Part shown: positions 1 to 14,920 of the stretch, piece after piece
Layout: the number at the start of each line of letters is the position of its first letter
Position numbering within the stretch: the stretch's first letter is position 1
Assembly: GCF_009914755.1 (NCBI RefSeq)
Contig: NC_060928.1
Origin: the human T2T-CHM13v2.0 reference genome, Homo sapiens
Strand: one strand, 5' to 3'
Length of the DNA stretch: 64,000 nucleotides
Position numbers and translations under genes: made by a program
Notes under the pieces: model-generated
What the model saw: only the letters and a program-made list of their open reading frames with translations
Databases searched by the model: none
What the model was told of the DNA's origin: nothing

Positions 1-897
1 TGGCACTGTGAGCAGTCACTCTCAGATTTGTCTTCAGATGCTGTTCTTCTGCTGGCTGCCAGCCAGGAGGCTGTAAAGAAAACTATAGCCCAAGGCAACG
101 CGACTCAGTCCACAGGACTGCTGCTTGATTCCTTGAGGATTTGAAGTCAGAGCTCCTTATTAGTGGCCTCAGGATTTATGTTTCAGGCACACCTTGGGCC
201 TGGTAACACAGGCCTTGTGACCAACCAAGTACCACAAGTTGCAAAAATCAATCTGCTTTTCATTGAAGGAGGCTTGACTTATTTACTATGTCATCTAAAT
301 TTCTTTAAAATAAACTGATAGCGGACACATCACATTTATCTTCACTAGCCCAACCTGATCATTTCTTTGACCTTTTTTTTTTAAAGTGCTTCTAAACTCA
401 TATTTAAAAATTACTATTGCCAGTTTTACTCCAGTATTTATTTAATTTTTCCTGTGTGTGGTAAAATCAGAACAGGAGAAGATATAACACTATGTTTTGT
501 TAACTGAGCATTGTCTTTTATTTTTTGTTCATTTTTACTTCCTTTCTATTTCATATTTATGTGTTTACTTCTATCCATCACTATATTAGCCATTTTTCCC
601 TAATCATGGTCTTTTTCTTAATTCCTCAGATTCTTTTGAGAGGAACCCTAGCCCATATTTTGATGCCAAATCTGCCTAAAAATCATCCACGTATCTCACT
701 TGTTCCTTAAGACAACATTTTCAGCATTCTTTTCACTTGACTAGTATCCTTCAGGATGCCCTCTGAGGGCTGATAGAGATCTGCTAAGGCAAAACCACAA
801 AACATAATATAAATGAGAGCTTTATTTTATAGATGGCTTCTGAGCTCATATCAGTAATTTTCTACTAGACTATTGTCTATCTCTCTAATCTACAAAT

Positions 898-966
898 AAG
901 ATTGAACCAGTCATCTGAGATGTGAGGATTTGATTTAAAAAAGAAAGAAAAAAAAAGATTGAACCA
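898..966 (+). mobile_element. Very short retroposed insertion (27 nt + A-rich tail) with 12-bp target-site duplication
   Basis: aagattgaacca occurs at 898-909 and 955-966, flanking gtcatctgagatgtgaggatttgattt plus an A-rich tail. Confidence 0.7.
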
Positions 967-1429
967 AATTAGCACTCTTAAAGAGCCAAACTGTTTTAAC
1001 TGCATGAGGACCATTCTACTAGGTACCTGCACGAAAAGGTAAAAAAGTCAAAATGCCATAGCTGACCCAACCTTTTCATTCTGTCACGCTGGCCTCAGGA
1101 TAGAGCAGGTTGAATAATTTGGTTATTCTTTATAGATTATATAAATTTATAGTTATATAAATTTATAGTTTCAGTGCTTTCATGGCTCCTATAATGTGGC
1201 TGAATGATTGAGGTTATGGGTCAGGAGTTCAAAGTAAAGGTCTGTTGTGATTGGCATCAGATAATTTCCTCTGCCCTTGCCACTAGATTTGTCTACCTGA
1301 ACAAATCCAGCTTCTAGTTGATGCCTTGTTCATATGGCTGCTACTGCAGATTGGGACAGTCAATGGCTGATTTCCTCTGAAAATGCAGTTCAGACATTGG
1401 GATTCTAAGTATTTATAGATCAATAATCT

Positions 1430-2330
1430 TTTTTACCCAGCTTCAATGAGGTATACTTGGCAAATAAAAATTGTAAATATCCAAGGCATACAATGTGATA
1501 TTTCAATCTATGTATACATATATTGATACATATGAAATGATTACCATGATCGAGCTAATTAACATATCCATCACCTCACATGGTTATATATATTTTTTGT
1601 AGTGAGAATACTTAACATCTACTATTTTAGCAAATTTCAAGCATACAATACATTGTTATTAACTATATTCACCATACTGTATATTAGGGCTTCAGAACTT
1701 GCATTTAAACTGCAAGTTTTTACCTTTTGATCAACATCTCCCCATTTCTCCTAACCTCAACCCTGGTAACCACCTTTCTACTCTCTTTCTATGAGTTCAG
1801 CTTTTTTGATTCCACATATATGTGAAATCACATAGTGTAGGGTTCTTGTCACACGACCAGGAAAGATTAGGCTTGCAGACACATAGAAGGGTGAGAAAAA
1901 TGGAATTTATTGGTCAAAAAAGAAAAAAATGGAAACAGAGACTCTCAGCAAAGTAAGAGTCCTGCTAGCAGGTTTCCCACCTCACAGATTGAATTCTAGG
2001 TTACCACCCAGGAAGAGGAGAGGCCAGGCTCTTCCTTGCTGCAAAAGTGAGCAAACCTCCCGAGGCCCCAGCCCAGTGCACACTCACTCCTCCCAGTAGT
2101 ATTTGTCTTTCTGTGTCTTGCTCATTTCACTTAACATTATGTCTTCCAGGTTCATCCTTATTGTTGCAAATGGCAGGATTTCCTTCTTTATTAAGGCTGA
2201 ATAATATCCCATTGTGTGTGTGTGTGTGTGTGTGTGTCTCATTTTGTTTATCCATTCCTCTGCCAATAAACATTTAGGTTATTTTCATATCTGTTTTTGT
2301 TAATGATGTGCAATGAACATGGGAATTATC
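1430..2330 (-). mobile_element. Old L1M (L1MA/MB-like) 3' fragment, interrupted by an LTR piece at ~1835-2095
   Basis: Typical antisense L1M 3'-end text (ttagcaaatttcaagcatacaatacattgttattaactata; tttttgattccacat; gtatttgtctttctgtgtc) continues on both sides of the insert. Contains (TG)n at ~2213-2237. Confidence 0.8.
1835..2095 (-). mobile_element. ERV1 LTR fragment (MER52/MER61-related)
   Basis: ccaggaaagattaggcttgcagacacatagaagggtgag...gaatttattgg resembles the segment at ~29440-29500 of the MER52 LTR in this window. AATAAA lies on the minus strand. Exact family uncertain. Confidence 0.6.
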
Positions 2331-2434
2331 TTTTCTTCATTAGAAAGAAAAAAAAACTTTACATAACATTATTTTGGCTATTTACCTTGTAGAACTCTAG
2401 AAATAATATTTTCATGTTAATAAATGGTTACTGC

Positions 2435-2904
<470 letters not shown>

Positions 2905-2940
2905 AACAAAAGAAGGATGAAAGATAGAAAAAGGGAGAGA

Positions 2941-2982
<42 letters not shown>

Positions 2983-3436
2983 CCGGTCTGCCAGAAACCA
3001 AAGCTCAGTTCCCCAGCATCTTGGGATGTGAACCGAGTCAAGGGAGGGCCCCTGTCAGGACCATTCCCACCCAAACCAAGACACAAAGGTGCCCACCAGA
3101 AAACCAAGGCTCAACCCTCTAGCGTCGTAGAGTAATGGGCAGAGTCAAAAGAGGGATGCCCTTGTCAGGGCAGCTTCCCTCTTACCAGAACCAGAACGAA
3201 GTCAGATCTGACCTACCTGACCCCGGAGTCAGAAGCTGAGGACTCAGATGTTGAATTTTAGGGCACCCACACGGTAGTCGATCCGCTGTCCTCCGGAAGA
3301 CGGTCACCCTTCGGGAACCTGAAAATTTCGTCTTTGCAGGTGGCGGCTTCCCTACAGGCCAGCCGTCCTTCCGGGGGAGCCCGGAGTGAGACCGGCTCTT
3401 GCCCGCTGGCGTTAAAATTTCGCTGGGGCCTCCAAC
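2905..3436 (-). mobile_element. HERV-T/HERVS71 internal leader sequence (truncated)
   Basis: Directly follows the LTR and PBS on the minus strand. CpG-rich near the PBS and ends in a (GA)n tract at ~2935-2972. Confidence 0.75.
3417..3434 (-). promoter_or_regulatory. Retroviral primer-binding site complementary to tRNA-Thr
   Basis: The minus strand reads TGGAGGCCCCAGCGAAAT, 2 nt after the LTR's terminal CA. This is 17/18 to the complement of the recalled tRNA-Thr 3' end (..ATCTCGCTGGGGCCTCCA). Confidence 0.85.
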
Positions 3437-4306
<870 letters not shown>

Positions 4307-4849
4307 AATGGAATATTATTTACCACTTAAGAGAAATGAGCTATCAAGCCATGAGAAGACAGAGTGGAAACTGAAATGCATATTATTAGGTGAAAGAAGC
4401 CATTCTCAAGAGGCTATATAATGGAAAGATTTCAACTATACAACATTCTGGAAAAGGCAAACCTATAGAAATAATAAAAAAGCAGTTGTTGCCAGTGGTT
4501 AGAAAGAAGGGAGGGATGAATAGACTGAGATCAGAGAATTTTGAGAGCAGTGAAGCTATTCTGTATAATACTATAATTGTGGACACATGTCTTTATACAA
4601 CTTGACAAAACCTATATAATGTAAAATGCCAGAAATGAAACCCTATGTACGCTATAAACTTTGGGTGACAATGATGTGCTAATGTAGGTTCATCAGTTGT
4701 AGCAAATGTACCACTCTGGTGGGGGTTGTCAAAAGTGGGGAAAACTGTCCTGTGTGGGGACTGAGGATATATGGGAAATCTCTGTACCTTCTACACAACT
4801 TGGCTATGAATCCAAAGTTGCTCTAAAAAATAAAATCTACTCAAAAAAA
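4307..4849 (+). mobile_element. L1MC-like 3' end fragment
   Basis: aatggaatattatt...aaatgagctatcaagccatg...gggaaatctctgtaccttct...ctctaaaaaataaaatct followed by an A-rich end. Confidence 0.8.
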
Positions 4850-5268
4850 GCTGTCTGAAAACTGGGTAGTTCATGCATTAACCAAGTACGCTTTTATTGA
4901 ATAACTACTATATGCCAGGCACTATCACCCTTGCCTTTGAGGAGTTGATACTCTAGAGCATGAAAAAAATTGTCAAGTGCTATTGTGATAAATTTTATTA
5001 TAGAAAAAAATGAGTTGTTTTGCAGGATACAGTCTCCAAAACTCAAAACCACAAAGACAAAAAGGTATGTGGTTGTTTCTACAGATATCTTTTCTCTATT
5101 TCTGTAGCCGTTGAAATCACTGCCCTCCATGAAAGGGGAAATACCACATCTGATAGGTAAATGTAGAGTGGAGTGTGTAAACTAACAGGAGAGTTTTCTT
5201 CTAATACATCACGAAGTTGTCTACCCATAACAGAAGTGGCAGTGGAATATGGGCGAATAAACTAAGTA

Positions 5269-5498
5269 CAGGTTGAGCATTCTAAATCTGAAAATCTGAA
5301 ATCTGAAATGTACTAAAATCCAAAACTTTTGAACACTGACATGACCCTAAAAAATGCTCGTTTGCACATTTCAGATTTTTTAAATTTGGGATGCTCAACT
5401 GGTAAGTATAAGGCAAATATTCCAAAATGCAAAAAATAAAAATGGAAGTCTGAAACACTTCTTGTCCCAAGTATGTTGAATAATAGAAACTCAACCTG
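5269..5498. mobile_element. Tigger4a/MER46-like MITE (TcMar-Tigger)
   Basis: Terminal inverted repeats caggttgag...ctcaacctg flanked by TA on both sides; 230 bp long. Confidence 0.85.
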
Positions 5499-5729
5499 TA
5501 CCTCTGTTGCAGATTAAAATCCTGAACTGTGATACTCTTGCAGAATGGAAATTTTAGTCATATAAATTATTTGCTTATAATATGACTTGGAGTTACACTG
5601 CTCATTACCTATGGACAACTAATTTTCCTTCATTTACTGTTCAGTTATCAGAGCTATAAATATATACATACTACAATATAAAGTTTTGCCCATACTGGGA
5701 AATGTAATTTTTTTTGTAGTCAACTAACC

Positions 5730-6836
<1,107 letters not shown>

Positions 6837-6939
6837 TTAGTCAATAATTTACAAGGATTGAAGATGAATTTCTACTACCCAAATACTGATGTAACCTTGT
6901 GAAAAAATAATGGAGAAAACAGTAGCAGATATCTTTCTG

Positions 6940-7400
6940 AGCAGAAATGCTTTCAAATATAAGTAAAAAGTCCAAGGTTCAGTGATTTAAATAGATGTTA
7001 TTTTTTAACATAAAGTAAAATATGATATTGGTAGTTGCTATAGTTCAGTGGTCAGCAATGTCATTAAATCCCCGATCTGGGAGTTTTTTCTTGTATTTCT
7101 GCCTATGTTGTCCATTCATCATCATGTTTGTTTCCTCATGGTCACAAGAGGGCTGCTACAGGGCAATATCAGGGCTGAGTTCCAGGCAAAGGGAACATAG
7201 AAAGACAAAGTACCAGCTACATTTGTCTCTTTCATTAGTCAAGCAAAAGTCTTCCTAGAAGCTTCCCATAGGAGTTAACCTAATATGTCACTGGAAAGGT
7301 TGCAGAGAAAATCAAGTTTCTGGCAAAGGACAATAGGATAGTTTTGACTGACTTAGGCAAATCGTGATCCATGACTAAGGGCTGGATTCCCTTACAAGGG
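6940..7400 (-). mobile_element. Ancient MaLR (MLT1-like) LTR remnant
   Basis: Degenerate motifs such as cctcatggtcacaagagggctgct and cttcctagaagcttccc. Confidence 0.4.
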
Positions 7401-8045
7401 AGATGAGAGATGGGTATGATTGTTCAGTTGAAAGTATATTTGATATTCTGTCATCAGTTGAAAGTATATTTGATTGTCTGCCACCTAACCTCATGCACTA
7501 ATCCCATGTTTTGCAGTGGTCAGTCCTGTCTCAGACAGGAGGAAACAGAGCTATTGCCCATTCTGGGTGCTGATTTCCCAGGTAACCAGAGCTCTCAGTC
7601 CCCCATCTTCCTGTTTGATACTCCACATTTGCACATTAATTCTAGGGCTACGTTTCCAAAAATCTTTGCATTATAGACATGACTTGATGCTTTGTTATGG
7701 AACAAAAATGTTGGCAACAGAAGAAGCAGTAATAAATATCATAGGAAATTTATATTTTTAATTATTTTTTCTAGCAAATAAAATGGTACAAACTATTTCA
7801 AGTCCTCTCAGAAGAAATGTTAAAATTCACAGCAAGATGACATTATTAGATTAGCAGATATAGTTTCAGACCAGTGGTTATTAAAGGACAATAAAATATC
7901 AGGAAGTTGATTAGGGTCTATGCATATCAGTTAGGCTTCATGTATAACGTCTTGGAAAGAGATGTTAATAGTTGGAAGGTATCAACCGAGAAACTGAGTT
8001 GATTCTTCCCATCCTGCTTTCAATAAAAAAAGTAGTTGTGGATAG

Positions 8046-8459
8046 TGTGAATGGAAAATCTTGGGGGCCCCAAAATTACTAAACTAAGGGAAAAGTCAAG
8101 CTGGGAACTTTTCAGGGCAAACCTGCCTCCCATTCTATTCAAAGTCATCCCTCTGCTCTCTGACATAGATACATATTCTGATTGCCTCCTTTGGAATATG
8201 TCTTTCACCTGTGATTTGGAAGCCCCCTCCCTGCTTTGAGCTGCCTCTGCCTTTCTGGATGCAACCAATATACTTCTTACATATATTGATTGATGCTTCA
8301 TGTTTCCCTAAAATGTATAAAACCAAGCTGTACCCTGACCACCTTGGGCACATGTCATCAGGACCTCCTGAGGCTGTGTTATGGGCACACATCCTTAACT
8401 TTGGCAAATAAACCTCCTAAAATGATTGAGACTTGTCTCAAAATTTTTCTCAATTGACA
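8046..8459 (+). mobile_element. MER4A-like solo LTR (ERV1)
   Basis: TG...CA ends and a 4-bp TSD atag (8042-8045 / 8460-8463). Contains tgtataaaaccaagctgtaccctgaccaccttgggcacatg and AATAAA. Confidence 0.88.
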
Positions 8460-9326
8460 ATAGATTTCTGATTAATCAGATGAATTCAAAGACAAACAGG
8501 CCTGTGAAATTATAGAATTATATCTTTAAAAAAGAAAGATATATGATTCCTCTTTTAGGAGAAATTCATGCATTTGAAAAATATTTTTAAAAAATTTAAC
8601 AAGGAATAAATTTATAGTTCCATAGAATTCAAGAAGTTTTAGCTTTTGTAAAATAAAATATGAAAAGGCGAAATGGTAAGCACAAACTGAATGAAAACAA
8701 ACACGTGAACAAAAATAGAAAAAAAATGGCTTGAGGGAAGATAATTGGTAAGGCAATTAAATTGTCATAGCAGAATCCAAATCAGCATTAAATTTCAAAA
8801 ACATTGCACATATTTAAACTTGGGTAAATTTGAGCTTGAAACTATGGGCTGGCCAATAGTCACAAAGGGAAAAAAAATACAATTACTACAAATTAACATT
8901 TAACAAGTGTGGCCAAAGCTGCACTCAGGACAGAAGTTCCCATCCCCAAATAGTTCATGTAAAAAGGAACAACGATAAGAATGCTCGCTATTCAATTTTT
9001 AATTTTAATAAAAGAAAAATAACAATAAGGCTAAAGCAAGGAAATGGAAGGAAAGAATAGAACTGTCAGGGGCTGGAAGGTAGGGCGTGGAACCAGAATT
9101 TAGTGTAATAAGAAAAATGCAATGCTTCTGCAAATCTCTTGAATAAATAGAGACACGGCTTATTTAAGAAATTCTTGAATAAAACTTGTAATATACCGGA
9201 CATTATTCTATTTAAATATTATATTATTTCTGACTTCTCCCCAAGGTATTATTACACTACCTCTTACAGATGGAAAAATCTGAGGTACAGAGAGATTAGG
9301 TAATTTTCTCCAGTTCAGAAAGGCAG

Positions 9327-9466
9327 GGCCAGGCGCGATGGTTTACGCCTGTAATCCCAGCACTTTGGTAGGCGGAAGTGGGCAGATTGCCTGCGCTCAG
9401 GAGCTTGAGACCAGCCTGGGCAACACGGAGAAACCCGGTCTCTACTAAACACACACACACACACAA

Positions 9467-9508
<42 letters not shown>

Positions 9509-9622
9509 AGCCAAGCATGGTGACGCGTGCCTGTAATCCCAGCTACGCGAGAGGCTGACACATGAGAATGCCTGAACCCGGGAGGCGGAGGTTGCAGTGA
9601 GCTGAAATCTCACCACTTCACT
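9327..9622 (+). mobile_element. AluS/J with (CA)n-expanded linker and no 3' tail, inside a MIR remnant
   Basis: Both Alu arms are recognisable, with (CA)n at ~9449-9506. MIR-like text lies on both sides (cagatggaaaaatctgaggtacagagag; ctggtagtctgtctc). Confidence 0.88.
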
Positions 9623-10773
9623 GCAATACCAGGATTAAACCTGGTAGTCTGTCTCTTGGCTCTGAGCTCTTAACATTAAGCTATGTAATTGATGTTTCTG
9701 AAATGTATCAATAAATAGGAAGTAATTTCAAGCAAGTATCAAAGGCATGCTTTTGAGACTAGAAAAACTAATTGTAAATTGTATTTTAAGAATATTCAAG
9801 ATTATTTTGGTTTGGAAGAATAATAGAGGTTGATTTTACTACCACTTACTATGAAACACAATTATGTGTTTTTATGTGTAATTATATTAATATGGTAATA
9901 TTACCATATTAGTAATTGATTAATAATTAATGTGGTATTTCATAATTAGACTATATGGAATCATCATTACATAATAGAAAGTAACAAAATTAACCTTAAT
10001 AGAATGAAATATACATAATGATGAGATTTCAATAAATCACGAGAGGATAATTTAGCAAATGGACATGTTTAGTCTTTAAAAAATTTCTGAGTATAAAATG
10101 AATTACAGAAACATTTTATGATTGTTTTAAATGAAAGAACTACAAAATCTATAAGTGAACATTTATCTAAACTTGCAATGAATGTTATTTTCTATGTATA
10201 AAAAATGACAAATTGGGAAATTGACAGATTTAAGTATAAAATGTTACAAGGTTCAACATGGCAGAAACATCACAAAAATAATGAAAGAGTAACCTCAGAA
10301 CTAAAATATATTAATATGTTCAAAGTATATACAAAAAGAAAAAATTAAATAAATATCAAATCCGCTCTACTAAATCCATTAAAGAAAATAACAAAACCCC
10401 CAATTTTAAAAGTAAAAGGCAATTCTAAAAAAACAGACCTGAAAAAAAGGGAACTCAAATCATGAACAAATCTGCAATAAAATAATGACCTTGTTATGAA
10501 AGAAATACAAAATCAAGCAACAACGAAGTACTATTTACATGATATCAAATTAGCAAAGTTTTTTAGAAAGCATGTGGAGATATCTCTGTGAGTGAGGCAC
10601 TCTTGGACTTCATAACACACATAATGTACTGAAGTCTTCACAAGCACTTTTGAAGAATTCTGTCCTAAGAGTTTTTGGCTTTGTTTTTCAATTTGATGTA
10701 TGGTGTAGTAGTGATAGCATGATGTCTAAGCTTTTATTCTCATCTTAGGTGAACCCCTACTTTGTGTTTGTCT

Positions 10774-10806
10774 GCACACACACACACACACACACATACA
10801 CACACA
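10774..10806. repeat. (CA)n microsatellite
   Basis: Direct reading. Confidence 0.9.
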
Positions 10807-12145
10807 ATATTCAAGACTGAACACATGTAGAAAGCAAAGTGCATAAAGGAAAACTGTAGCATACAAAAGCTTACTTCAAAAGGAGGGAGAGTGAGAGAGA
10901 TTCTGCCTCTAGCAAGCACAAATGCACAGTGCATAATTTATTGAACAATTTCTTTCCAATTTTACTTAATAGCTTGCATTGTTCGAGGCACCAATGTTAG
11001 CTCTACCAATTTGATTGCTTTTTTATGGCAGAGAATTACAGTGCTGTGAAGTCCATTATTTTTATATCACATTTAATAAGCTATTCATTTTACAATTTTG
11101 AAGCAGAGGAAATGAAAACTTGTATCTCTGGCAGATGGGTATTCTCAATGGCTTCTATATTTAAAGGAAAATGAAGCCTCAATACCTTGGTTACTCAACT
11201 GTTTCTAACAAGCACCGTATATCACTGGGTCATGCTTTCAGGTACTGGCCAGAAAATCTTACAGAAATTAGAATGCTTGGAGAAGTTAAGAATATCATAA
11301 AAACAAACTATGAAATGGCAATATAAGAAATATCAAATTGACAACCCCCTCCCTAAATCAAAGTTCTTTTACATTAAATTTACATCAAGATCACAGGAAC
11401 AAATAAGGATTTGTCTCAGGAGTGTTATTTGTTCTTATTTATCATGACTTCTTTTCTACCTTCGGCCATTTTAGCTGGCCAGTGAAAGAGTGGCTTTTGT
11501 TATTTCAGCCTGTTTTGGTTACTTTATTTGATCAGACTCATAAAAGATGTATTATTAGGTATGTGATTCAATAAATCATTAACCTGAGTAAAAATTTATT
11601 GCTCTTCATATGATATCTATATTTTGAACAATGGTTTTAAAATGCTAAAAATCTTTTTTAAGCATAATAGAGAAGTCAATGAATATTTTAGATGAAAAGG
11701 AATATAGGTAGACTAGTTTGTCGTTTCTTGGCAAAGTGAAATAATATCTTACAGAGATAATGTGTTTGTCGTCTGTGGAATTTGGCTTTTCAGAGATATA
11801 CAGCATATTTCACATGATTGATATATCTCACGTGCAATGTCTAGAAACTGAATAAAATTCTCTTTTAGATACAGACAGTGAAGCACTATCTGTCTCAATC
11901 CATTCTCCCAAGGTAAAACATAAAAAGAAACATGAGTTTTATGAAAAGGGTTTTCTCCCTTTGGTCTGTGAATAGCTTGATATTGAGGTTCAAATTTACT
12001 TTTAAGTCCTCACACTCTGTAAATTCTATAAGTATAATTTTCTTAGAAGTTTCAACTTATCAATATCCTATAGAATGGTGAAAAAAAGTGTAAGAGTAAA
12101 ATTAAGCAATGTTTTCCAAGATTGTCAAAACCATAAAAGCAACCT

Positions 12146-12586
12146 ATCATAGTTTCCCAGGGCTAACTTAATAAGGTATCATAAACTAAAAGGTTTAAGA
12201 AAACAAAACATTATTATCTCAGTTTTGGAGGTAGGAAGTGCAAAATCAAAGTGTTAGTAGTGTCATGCTCCCTCCGAAGCCTCTGGGCAGAGGATCTTTC
12301 CTTGCTTCCTGCCGTTTCAGGTACCCCTGGATGTTCCTTGGCTTGTGGCAACATCACTCCTATCTTCACCTCCATCTTCACATGGCCATCTTTCCTCTGT
12401 TTTCACATGTCTTTTTATAAGGACACAGCCATATTGAATTAAGACTCCCCCTCCTCCCCACTATGTCCTCGTTTTAATTTGATTACATCTGCAAAGACCC
12501 TGTTTCCAAGTAAAGCCACATTCACAAGTACTGGGAGGGTAATATTTCAACATACCCTTCTGGGGAACACAATTTCATCCATAACA
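12146..12586 (-). mobile_element. MLT1C-like MaLR LTR
   Basis: ccttggcttgtggcaacatcactcc...ttataaggacac...attacatctgcaaagaccctgtttcca...cacaatttcatccataaca. Confidence 0.8.
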
Positions 12587-13254
12587 TTATCGTGACCTTT
12601 GAGAAAAGCACTGTTTCCACATTTCAAAAATAGAGATATTGAAATTCAGAATTAAACAGCTAGTACCAGAGTCAAGTTTATTCTATCAAGTCTGGGAATA
12701 ATTACCCCACGGTCCTGAATCTAATCAAAGAAGATTAATATACTTTCATATCAGAGATGTTAACTATATTTAGTGTCCTTTTTTCTTGACTTTTGTCTTT
12801 AGTTTCCTGGGAATATGTAGTTAACTGAGTTTTTGAGATGTGTTCATATTCTTATGAGCAGTATTTGGGTTTCATAGCCACTAATTACAAAAAGAAAGAA
12901 TTTAGTAGGATATGAATAAATAATGAATAAAATAAGCAAGTTTTGAAAACCAAATGGAACCTTTATAGTAATTATATTTTGGAAACATATCTAGTTTTTT
13001 TTATCTATTTCTTAAAATGTTGATATGAACACTCAAACTCATTATTTTTGGTAGAAAGTACATGTTCCCTTTTGAAATGTCGTAATATCCTTTTAATGTC
13101 TTCAAGTCTTATATAGATTAAAACTATGGAAGATTTGCTGTGACATGACTTTTGTTACTTCTCTATTATAAGTGTAATATAAAATGTAAATATTGTAAAA
13201 AATGTAATGCAACAAAATTCCCTTTGGTGGAAGTAAAAGTATTCATATTAATGA

Positions 13255-13967
13255 TGTAGGGAAGGCAAAGCTTTACCTCAACCTTCATAAGGTCCCCAGC
13301 TGGGCCTTATTAAATTAACGTAAGATAGATTATCAGAAGAAAAGCCTACAAATATAATACAGGTGTTTTTTGTTTGTTTTAACTTTCATTTTAAGTTGAG
13401 GGGTACACATGCAGGTTTCTTACATAGGTGAACTTGTGTCACGGGGGTTTGCTGTGCAGATTATTTCATCACCCAGCTATTACGCCTAGTACTGATTAGT
13501 TATATTCCTGATCCTCTTCCTCTTCCCATTTTACACCCTCCAATAGGCCCCAGTTGTTGCCCTCTATGTGTCCATGTGTTCTCATCATTTAGCTCCCACT
13601 AATTTGAGTTTTAATTTGACACAAGAGCCCTCATAAAAGGAAGACCCGAAGTCACAGAGTTGAACACTCATATACTAAATAGAACAAACAGTGGTAATTA
13701 TGGGAAGTACCTAAATGATGTGGAGAAGTTAAAGGTAATAAGAATTATTTTGAGAAGGTCTGTTTTTAAAGACTGTGATTCCTTATGAAAGAAGATTTGT
13801 TCAGGGAGAACATCTTTCTTATGGGAGTTTTTACATACTTTTCTCAGGAAGAAAAGGGGAGATCAGAATTCATTTCTAGCATCTGTTGCTTCTTGAGTGC
13901 CTTTGGCTCAAAATAATCTTTCTGACAAAATGGCATATCATCTGGTGTCATACACTGTTAATCTTCA
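13255..13967 (-). mobile_element. MER31-like ERV1 LTR, interrupted by an L1 3' end
   Basis: Begins tgtagggaagg and ends ctcaaaataatc...tggcatat...cttca, as in MER31/MER67-group LTRs. Confidence 0.6.
13365..13601 (-). mobile_element. Short L1PA (about PA13-16) 3' UTR insertion
   Basis: aactttcattttaagttgaggggtacacatgcagg...gtgtccatgtgttctcatcatttagctcccact. Confidence 0.85.
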
Positions 13968-14920
13968 ATGGCATACATTGTGCGATCCTCACTAACAATG
14001 TACAATACCGTTTATAATTTTAATGGCAAATTTTCAAAAATTATTATTCAACAAGCTGATAGGTATGCTATAAAAATCAAATCAAAGGCAATTTTTACCA
14101 CCTTTCTGAATACTCACCAATTTTCACAAATTTGCAGTGTCAGAGAACTGACAATTTTTTTCTGGTGCAAAGAAACTGGAAACTGGACAGATGGAAAACA
14201 GGCTTATTGGAGCATCAGCCATTGCTTGACTGCTAAGCTTGATTTTGAAGTTGACAAATGAAGAGGGGTTTACTTTTTCAACACTTTCTCTTTGAGCATA
14301 TCCCTAAAATTAAGGCATTGGTCAGTGAAATTAAAGAACACTTGTATACTAAGTAGAACAAAAAGTGGTAATTGTGGGAAGTAACTAAATGACATGGAGA
14401 AGTTAAAGGTAGATAAGAATTATTTTGATGAGGTTTATTTTTAAAGACTATGATTCCTAATGGAAGAATATTAGCATTAACAGTTACATAAGTATTCATT
14501 TCAGTTGTCCTTTACTTGTTATATGCTTAGTTTTCCAGTTAAGTAAATTATTTTAGCCACTGGGCTTTAAAGAATATTTAATGGGAGAATACATACTCTT
14601 GCCTGCCTGAACTTGTTTATAATATTGCTTAAAAGCACACCTTATACTTTTTTAAACACTTAAATAATTTATACAATCAAAAAATTTTAAAGGCACACAT
14701 TCAACAAAGGCAAGCTTAAACCAAAGCAATAAACATTTTGGTTGACACTCCACCTGCTCTGATGGCTGAGGGCATATTGAATTAGCAATCTAGAACTTGA
14801 GATTTCATGCCCATGCAGAGACAGGAGATGACGCCTTGGGTTCAGCTGAGCAGGGAACTGATACTGAGACACCTGCATGCACCTAGAATCGTCAACAAGC
14901 CACAAATTCAATAAAGAATT

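Noticed and set aside
1137-1168. 16-bp tandem duplication ttatataaatttatag x2
   Set aside because: Real, but ordinary slippage in AT-rich DNA.
3417-3434. tRNA-Thr gene
   Set aside because: Only the 18-nt 3'-end match is present, adjacent to an LTR. It is a PBS with no cloverleaf.
7424-7483. 30-bp diverged tandem duplication (tcagttgaaagtatatttgat...)
   Set aside because: An ordinary old two-copy duplication, not an array.
10940-11620. Repeat-free stretch with homeobox-like words (ttttatggc, tgattcaataaatca) as a conserved enhancer
   Set aside because: Such words are common in AT-rich DNA, and conservation cannot be judged without alignments.
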